Assembly (NCBI RefSeq): GCF_036321535.1
Contig: NC_087449.1
Location: forward strand, 52,452,001 to 52,516,000
DNA: 64,000 bases
DNA from: Camelus dromedarius
Taxonomy: Eukaryota
Direction of reading: 5' to 3'
Of this stretch, positions 54,754-64,000 are shown in pieces; within the stretch, counting starts at the first letter, position 1, and each line of letters begins with the position of its first letter. The translations under genes and the position numbers were made by a program. Under the pieces are notes generated by a model. That model saw only the letters and a program-made list of their open reading frames with translations. It was not told the origin of the DNA and did no database searches.

Positions 54754-56050
54754 TCCAGGCTTACTTTTTTAATTTTAATTTTGTTTTTTCAGTTGTAGTC
54801 TAGAAACAGAAGGAAACAGATGGCAGTTGTGCCAGAAGTCTTATTTGCAGACATTCCATCCAGTTAACACATGGGAAAGGCTTAGCTTTTTACAAAGGGC
54901 TTCCACACACAGTCCTCATGTGGCTTTTATAGCAACTCCCAGAGATGTAGACAAGAGGGGAGTATTAACTAAGCTGCACTTTTACAGTAAGGAAACAGAA
55001 AGATGAGGAGTTTGAACTCCGGTTAGCCTCTCAGTTCACTTTGCTGACTTCTTAACTGGTGAACACTTAATGGTGAAAAGTCATGGCCCTTCTCCCACAG
55101 GATTTGTAGCCAATCAGGGCAAAGAATTTAAACACGTGTAGAGTATTATTTTATCATAAATCAAGGGGGAGACAGATGACTGGTGGTTTGGGCAGTTGGA
55201 GAATTCAACTTGGAAAACTGTTCTGAAGTGGCATTGAGATTGAGTGACTCAGCTTTGCTTCCCAGTTTTGGCCTCCAGAGCAGGAAGCAGAAGAGTGGGG
55301 GGCTATGAGGAGGCTCCCCGGGCTGGAACAGTATGAAAGCAGCCAACCTCCGCTCCCACGCCTGGCCGCATGGGGGATAATAACTGGGTGCTGTTTCCCC
55401 TGCCTTTCATCTGAGGAGTTCAAAGCACCTTAACCCTATTAACACCACACACAGTTGTTAATACTGGTGGGGACGATCACCAGTGCAAGCCAGGGAAACT
55501 GAGGCCAGGAGGTACTGCCTGGGGCTCCCTATGAGTCACCTATGGGGACTGGAGCCCAGGAATCCTGACGCCCAGGCAGCTGGACAAATCCTTCACCAGT
55601 TAGAGCATGAGGGTGGATGCTGCCCTTTTTGAAACTAGTACCGATAGTTGTGGTCATGGGTTTTGATGCTTACCCCATCACGGAGGCCCCAGCTCTCACC
55701 AAAGCACACCAGTTGGAAGGAAGGCGTCATTTAGAACTTTATGGCCTCACATCCAAGCGCCCTCGGCATTTATTCTCTGCAGTTATGGAGTGGAGGATGG
55801 AAATATTCAGGACTTTATTTTCCAGCCTTGGTGTGACAGCAAGGCTGTCTTCTCTTCTGGTAAATGGAGTTCTGTTTACCTCCCACTGATAGCAACATGA
55901 TTTTCTCTTCCCTCTGTCATGGGGAGGGGACAGCTAATGCAGAAAAGCAGAGGCATCTGGGTTTCAAGTGAGGTCTGTTCAGTGTGAAGTTTGTAGGGTA
56001 AGAGAAAAACCATCCTCAATTTGGCTGGCATATGACAACCATCCTTAAGA

Positions 56051-56184
56051 CTTTTATTTATTTTTGAATTTTTTTTTCTGGGGTGAGGTAGTTAGGTTTT
56101 ATTTGTTAATGGAAGTACTAGGGATTGAACCCAGGACCTCGTGCATGCTGAGCATGCACTCCACCACTGAGCTATACCCTTCCC
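56051..56184 (-). mobile_element. tRNA-Ala-derived SINE (Vic-1-like)
   Basis: Same core; 9-bp TSD tccttaaga at 56042-56050 and 56185-56193. Confidence 0.85.
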
Positions 56185-58950
56185 TCCTTAAGATTTCTTT
56201 TTTTCCTGATAAAAATAGAGAAGTAAAAAACTTGGAAAATGAAAATGTCACCCATAATCCCACCACACAAATAATATTTATAATTTATAATAAATTTCCT
56301 ATTCAAATGTATAAATACAGTTTGTGTTTTATCTTTTAGTCTTATTTTTCTACACATTTGGAGGGATAGCTATAGCATTTATATACATGGGGTATGTTAC
56401 TGCTTTGTAGCCTGCTTTTTTCAGTTAACATTATTTCATGTAATTAAAAATATAAAGACCTTTTAAATGTCTACATGATAATATTCTGTAGTACAGCCAT
56501 AACATTGCTTATCCAGATTCCCATAGTTAGCCTATAAGTCGTTACCAATCTTTTTTGCTGTTGTAAATAGTGGTGTTATTAACATCTTTGTACCCGATAG
56601 ATTCTGGATTCATATTGCCAAGATGCCTTCCAGAAAAGTGCTGTTTACATCTCNNNNNNNNNNNNNNNNNNNNNNNNNNNNNNNNNNNNNNNNNNNNNNN
56701 NNNNNNNNNNNNNNNNNNNNNNNNNNNNNNNNNNNNNNNNNNNNNNNNNNNNNNNNNNNNNNNNNNNNNNNNNNNNNNNNNNNNNNNNNNNNNNNNNNNN
56801 NNNNNNNNNACAACTGAGAGATAGCATTTGGAACTTAGAGACCACATCTAATTGGAAAGGCCTCCAGTCCAGGCAAAGAGGCTTAGGAGTGAGGGTGACA
56901 CCCTAAAGCCCGCAGAGCTGTAGCACAGCCAGTCTGCTCTCAGCTGTTTCTGAATTAGCAAAATGCTCAGACACAGTGGCTGAGAATAGGAAGCCTGATC
57001 CCATTAGGGTCTGTGGGAAGGTCGATCTGAGAGATTCTTTGTCATTTCTCAAGGCTCCTGAGAGGGACGAGGCTGTGACTTCCCAGCATTACTAAGGCCC
57101 AACCTGTTTTTGAAAGCAGCCGGGAGGCCAAACTATCTCAGAATCCTGGAGGGAAATTCTCTATCAAGCTGAGTAGCTCCCCTCCTCTCCCTCTTCTCTC
57201 TTGTCCCTGGCTGTTGAGCCTTTACCCAGCCTGGTCCAGGCTGCTCATCTCCCCATCTCCCCTTTAGAAGGTAGAGTCCCAGATTAGCACATACCTCAAT
57301 GGCATCAGGCTTGCTGAGAATAGGGGAAAGCCAGATGCCTCATTTCCAACCCATTGTGTCCTCCATTTCCAGCCAGGGAGCCAACTCCAGGCAGCCCCAG
57401 AAACCCAGGTGTCCAGGTGGCCTACGACTGAGGGACTATGAGATGGGCTGCGGATTCTGAGCTCAGCTGAGGTGAAAAATGTGAGTACTGGTAAAATGCT
57501 CTGGATTAGAATACATACATAGTGAAGTTTACCTTTTTTTCCTCCCCACCCAAAACCCAGAAGCAGTCATGGAGGAGAGAGATGAGAGGCCCCTTCAAAG
57601 TCATCTCAAATAAACAAAATTTAAAGCAGTGAGCTTACTGTGAAAAACAGCTTCAAGAAATGTTGCCTGGTGCTCCCCTTCACACTGGATTGTTGCCTCT
57701 TCCTGTATATTAATCCTGGAGTCTCCACATCGCTTTGTGGAGTCATAGAAACAGCAAAGAAGGGATATTGGGCAAACTCATAAGTCATACCAGTGGTCAC
57801 GTAATCTACTCTGAGCTAAAAACCAATCCTCTCCACAGTCAGACAAGGAAACTTCAGGTTAACTTTGGTCTGGAGGAAGAAAGACTAAAGAGAAGGAAAG
57901 TCTTTCCTTCTCTTTTAACAAATATTTATTGAATTCAATAATCTGGTGTATTAAATACTGTACATAGCCATAGATTAAAGACATTTTGCTTTTCAGAGTC
58001 TTGGATTTCTCCCCTTTATCTCTAGACAGAGTTAAATTTCTCAGAGAGCAGTAAGGAGAAGATTGGGTGGAGATGAGAGATGAGTCAGCCCTCTGACACC
58101 CCCAGGGTGACATACCTGTCTGCTGCCCCCACAGACATTCCTGATTCCTGACTCAGTGGGTAGGTAGGGCTGGGGGGTTGTGAGAGGAGGCAGACCATCC
58201 CTGCAGAAACCTGCCTTCCCCATCCCCCCTCCCACGCACAGCAGGGATGTGGGGAACAGCTGAGACCCTGTTAACAGGGTGAAGAATTGAAAAGGAACAA
58301 AGGATGTAACCAGGTTAAGGAAATCTTGGTGAATGAGCCAGGAAATTGGTCAACCATACAGGTTTTTCTCATTTAAGACAATCCCTTTCTGCCAGGCCCT
58401 GGAGTGGCTTTAGATAAAGTAGAGTAAGAAGTCTTTCCTGGTTCTTAGAAAGTCTGAGAAAGGAGCAGGGCAGCATAGTATAAGGTGGTTCTTTTCAAAT
58501 TTATTTTTATCTCGTGAAACTCCAATATACAAAACAGACATATGTGTGGCTCTTTTAGCCAATGCGTGTGGAAACCGGGGAAACCCTGACCACTGGTCTC
58601 CTGCCCTATGGCAGCTTCTGGGGGAACCCTCTGAAAACAGCTGTTGTAGTTTAAAAATCGTGGGCCTTGGGGTCAGACTCCTTCCACTCCCCAGGCACAC
58701 AAGTCATTGTATAACCTTGGTTATTAGGTTATTTAGCTGCTCTGAGCCTCAGTCTCTTCATGTGCAAAACAAAGATGATAATAGTATTGCTGTGAGGATA
58801 AAAGTATGAAACTGCCTGGCACATAGCGGTGAGGCCAGGTGCCCTTATTACTGTACTCTGTTCTCTAGGAAGAAGCGTGAGTGAGGCACTTTTAGAAGAG
58901 CAATCTTGGAGGAAGCATTTGAAATCAGGTTTTCCTAAAAAGGCAGTTGG

Positions 58951-58953
<3 letters not shown>

Positions 58954-58999
<46 letters not shown>
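58954..58999. repeat. (TG)n microsatellite
   Basis: Direct reading, ~23 units. Confidence 0.95.
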
Positions 59000-59002
<3 letters not shown>

Positions 59003-59244
59003 CTCAATGCCTTGCCTTCCAACACCTGCTCCTGTGGATCTACACAGCCAACTTGGACTTTGCTCTCTGAAGTAACTACATATAAGAGAAAGAAGAGTAC
59101 ATACTTTCCCTAGAAAATTTTAGGTTGCAAATATTCCCCATACAACTCTTAAGAGACTTTCAAGAGGACCTGGCACTAAACCTGGCTCTAGGCATTTAGA
59201 AGGAAAACCTTGCTAGAGACACTATAGGAAGAAAGGACTGATTT

Positions 59245-59405
59245 TTTTTTACTGAGATATAATTCACCTATCATAAAATACATTTTTCTAAAGTGTACGG
59301 TTCAGTGTGTTTTCATAGATTCACAAAGTTGTGTGACTATCACCACTATTTAAATCCAAAACACTTCATCACCCCAAAAGAAATTCCACATCCATTAACA
59401 GTAAG
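59245..59405 (-). mobile_element. L1MB/L1MC 3' terminal fragment
   Basis: tttactgagatataattcacctatcataaaatac...catcaccccaaaagaaa pattern. Confidence 0.6.
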
Positions 59406-60539
59406 GCTAAAAAATTTTAAATGTCAAATTTAGGCCAGGAAAAGATGGCAAGAAATGCTCACTGAGACCCCACCCTGGGGTAACAGTAAGAAAGAAAGCT
59501 TTAGATAAAAAGGTCTGGGACCCAGTTCAGAAGCTGGTCCCTAAGCCAGCTCACAGCTAGCTGTCTGATTTGGTAATATTCCAATCCATAGCATCTGCTT
59601 TTGAAATCTGTCGACACCAACACGCTACCTTAGGGTAGTTCATTTCTTTCCCCATAGAGGGCAACCAAGAGTGGTACAGAGGGAGGAGGCAAAAGTCAAA
59701 TGCTGAGAGAAAAGAAGAATTTCCTTTCCCAGGACCTACCCCATTAAGAGAAAGTCACCAGACCTGTCTGGTAAGAGAAACCAGGTCACTTCCAGAGCTG
59801 AGGGGGTGTCACTTGCCCTCTCACTGAGTCTCTGCCTGGTTTGGAACTTTGAAACTCAACACCCTTCTGGGAAAGGAGAGGAGAAAACAGGGAACCCAGA
59901 AAGCATCAGAGTGGTCCTGCCAGCTTCCCCTGTAGAATTAGTAGCTCTGATAAGAGCCCTTCAATTTTGGGTCCCATGGGTGTGACCAAACTGGACTCTG
60001 GAGAACTTGGTGAGGCTGGACTGTTTTCCCAGTTTTGCCAGGTAAAGGCGTGACCACCTGATTTGGGCCACATTCTCAGGTGACCCAGTGGGCATACTGG
60101 TCAGCTTTGGCAGTAAAGCTGTTCCTCAGGACTGGGCCTGATTATTCTGCTTTTGCACAGATATGCTGGATAAATCTTAGACTATTGATGCCGGAAGGAT
60201 TAATAATAGCTAACGTACTGAATATGTACCATGGTCTACTTTACATGCATTTATTTTCTCAAACTTCATAGCAGCTCTTAAGAGGAAGGTACTATTTTTT
60301 AATCCCCACTTTACAAATGAGGACAGAAGGTAAGCATGGTTAAGAGCTTTGACCAAGGCAGGCTGGAAGTCAAACCCAGGCAGTTTTAACTCCCCATTTT
60401 TCGTTAGAAAGTCTTTAGTCTAAGCCCCTTATGATACAGAAGGGGAAACTGAGTCCTAGGGAGGTATGATGGCTTTTCCAAGGTCGCAAAGCCACTCAGG
60501 GACACAGCCAAGCCTCCTGGCCACCAGTTCAGCGCTGCC

Positions 60540-61290
60540 TGGGCTCGCCGGGACTGTGGTGGGGACGCCGTAGTGGTCTTTTCCCAGCCGACTCTTCCCA
60601 TCCGGCCGGCCCGGGCACCGCCGGTTCAGCAGATGACTCAAAGGGCGGGGACTGCTTTTTGCGCACGGTCCCGCCCCGTCCCGCTGCTCTGAGGATGCCG
60701 AGCTCTTGGGCCGGGCGGGTGGCAACTTGTCCGAGTGAAACCGGGAGAGCGCCGCCCCTAGCGCTCGGCGGGCGGCAGAGGCCCCTCAGTCAGGCAGCGC
60801 GTCAGGGAGCCGGCGGGGCCTGGCGAGCGGCGGGAAGTCGCCCCGCACGCGTTCCGCCGCTCACTCCCTATTGGCCAGCCAGGCTCCGGGGGCAGGCTCC
60901 TGAGCAGATCCCTCCTGTGATTGGATAATATCAGCCTCGGGCCCGCCTCCAGCCGCGGGCTTGAAGGCGGGGTCTTGGGAAGTGGCCGGAGGCCAAGGCG
61001 AGTTGATGCTGGGAGCCGAGCAGCGGAGGTGGCGGGCATGGCCGGCCAAGACCGGACCCGCTTCCCGCGGCTCTTCCTGCTCAGGTTGCGCCTCCTGCTC
61101 GCTAACGCATTTCATTTTGTCCCCATCCACGAACGCTGCGGGGTATTTAATGCCGATTTTAATGGCGACGTCATACCCCTGGTCCAGGTCGTACTCCCCT
61201 CCGCTTGGATCCGAGCACCTAACGGGACTCTTCCCCAATTTAAAATCTAGGGTGCTCAGTGCAGCTCACTACAGCGTATTCCTGCGTCGC
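60540..61290. promoter_or_regulatory. Orphan CpG island with promoter-like motifs between GPN2 and SFN
   Basis: High CpG density; ATTGG 60870-60874 and 60920-60924, AP-1 TGACTCA 60634-60640, CRE-like CGACGTCA 61166-61173, several GC boxes; no recognisable gene attached. Confidence 0.7.
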
Positions 61291-61629
61291 TGTCCTCAGA
61301 CCTCACACCAGAAACTTCATTAGTTTCCCGTCCCCTCAGGTCTCAATTCTTCAGCCTCCGTCCGGCCCCAGTGCCCCGGCAGAGGAACCTCCCAGCCGCC
61401 TTTGTGCTCATTTGACTTTCCCGGGACCAGACCAGTTTGGGGCCACCCTGCTTGAGAGAGCTGGACCCCTGACCTCTTTCCTGGAGTCACTGGCTCCAGA
61501 CTCTTGCCTGCGGACCAGATATCCAGCCCCATGGGAGGTGGGAGGTCAAGGTCTCTGTAAATCATACACCAATCCCTGTCCCGTCCCTCCGCAATAACTA
61601 GAAAAAAGACAGGAGTGTCACAGGGGAAC

Positions 61630-61635
61630 TTTATT
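61630..61635 (-). terminator. SFN: SFN polyadenylation signal AATAAA
   Basis: tttatt on + strand ~475 nt past the SFN stop. Confidence 0.8.
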
Positions 61636-62110
61636 GAGAGGAAACAGGGTCACACCCAGCAGACATGCTTTCCCTGTCATTCGCTGCGTTGCGCAGGCAC
61701 ACACGCACACTCTCTCTCTTTCCCCTCTTCTCCAGCCTCTGCCACACAGTTCAGTTCTCAGCCACAAGGGTGGGACACTCCTCACTTCCTAAGATCCAGA
61801 GGCAGCAGGGGCAGGAGGGGGCTGGGGCAGGGAGGAAGTGGCCAGGTTCAGGGGTGGGACCTGTGGGGGAGCAGAGAGCAGGCTTGGGTGGGATGACCAG
61901 TGGTCAGGAGCACCTGACAGCTGCATGAATAGTGGAATCCTCTGGCTCCTGGTGGCCTCAGCTCTGCTGGTTCCTCTCTGTGAAGCCTTTCTGGGCTGGG
62001 GCAGAGTGTTTGGAGAGAAGGGTCGGGCCTCCCACCCCATACAAGTCCTCTCTGCCAGGAGCCAGGGACTGGAGTGGGTAGGGCAGGGTAGGGAGGGTAG
62101 CAGGCGCGGC

Positions 62111-63140
<1,030 letters not shown>

Positions 63141-64000
63141 ACACCTTTCCAGGCTTCAGGCTGCCCCCTTGTTCAGGGCTTCCATTACCTAATGGGTGCC
63201 CACATTAGGTAGCTGCCCCAGTTTCTCAAATCAGATCCTCCTTCACAGTGTCCTTCCAGGGGCTGAGAATGGCGTCAGCTTACCTGGCCACTGTGGATCT
63301 AGGCAGAGCTCATAAAGCCAGGTGCAGGAGGATGGGGTTCCTTCCGAATCCTGCCAGGTACGTTTCCTCCATTGGTTCTGGTGAGATAACTCATTGTTTA
63401 GGTGGGGCTGTAGTTTCCCAAGCACCTTCATACTCATGATCTAACTTAATCCCGGCTGTGTCTCTGTGAGATGGGCAGGACTGTGAATATTACTCCCACT
63501 GTAGGGATGGGAATACTAAGGCTCAGAGAGGGATGAGATTTGCTCAAGTTTCCACAGCTACTAAGTTTGGCTTCTCTTCCATCAAGGCTTTGACTTGTGA
63601 GCTCTAGGCTGTATTTAGAAGTGAGAGGCAGGAGTTCTCCTGAGTCTAACTGAAATGGTTCCATCCTCCGCCCCTCACGCCCCCTCAGGGTCCTGTCCCC
63701 TCTGAGCTCCCAGAATGCACAGGTGGCTGCTTTCAGGGTGCCACTTAATGAGGTGTTTAACGAGCGGCCTCTGACGCTCCAGCCCAGCCTTTGTAATTAG
63801 TCACTCAGTAGGTTTTTTGGATACCTTCCCCATTGCAGCACAATTTTCCCTTTCAAGTTGGTGGCCTGTTGCCACTTGTCTGAGGACTTACCCTCAGCCT
63901 CTCCGCGCCTGGTCACCTGCCTCCTCCCTCCAAGCCGCCTGCCGTCATGTATCAGTAGGGCTCACAGAGGGTGGGGACCCAGCTCACTGGCTGTCCCACT

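Noticed and set aside
56110-56185. tRNA-Ala-like sequences (also at 25270-25345, 28735-28800, 30460-30530, 50448-50500)
   Set aside because: They have A/T-rich tails, target-site duplications and imperfect acceptor stems: SINE copies, not tRNA genes
61661-61670. Perfect p53/p63 half-site AGACATGCTT in the SFN 3'UTR
   Set aside because: No adjacent second half-site; the known SFN p53 element, as I recall, lies ~1.8 kb upstream, outside this window

Overview
Mammalian genomic DNA, most likely a camelid (several tRNA-Ala-derived SINEs resemble Vic-1). It is syntenic, in reverse orientation, with the human 1p36.11 block. Six protein-coding genes can be reconstructed exon by exon with consistent splice phases: KDF1 (+, 398 aa), NUDC (-, 332 aa), NR0B2/SHP (+, 260 aa), GPATCH3 (+, 515 aa), GPN2 (+, 310 aa, part of exon 1 hidden by Ns) and SFN/14-3-3 sigma (-, 248 aa). 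The rest is L1/L2/MIR relics, a full-length Tigger1, a hAT relic, a solo ERV LTR, SINEs with target-site duplications, and microsatellites. No new protein family is supported. The best leads are regulatory or splicing-level and are hypotheses: (1) twin U1-mimic/ZEB hairpins over both KDF1 exon-1 donors, plus a minimal uORF; (2) cryptic acceptors in the GPN2 leader that could give GPATCH3-GPN2 read-through RNAs, one stopping right after the G-patch; (3) a Tigger1 inserted inside a GPN2 splice donor; (4) a U12-type GPN2 intron; (5) a possible divergent NUDC first exon at the GPATCH3 promoter that would nest NR0B2 antisense; (6) paired FXR IR-1 elements flanking NR0B2; (7) an orphan CpG-island promoter just downstream of SFN. 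Gene and repeat names are from recognition, not database searches.
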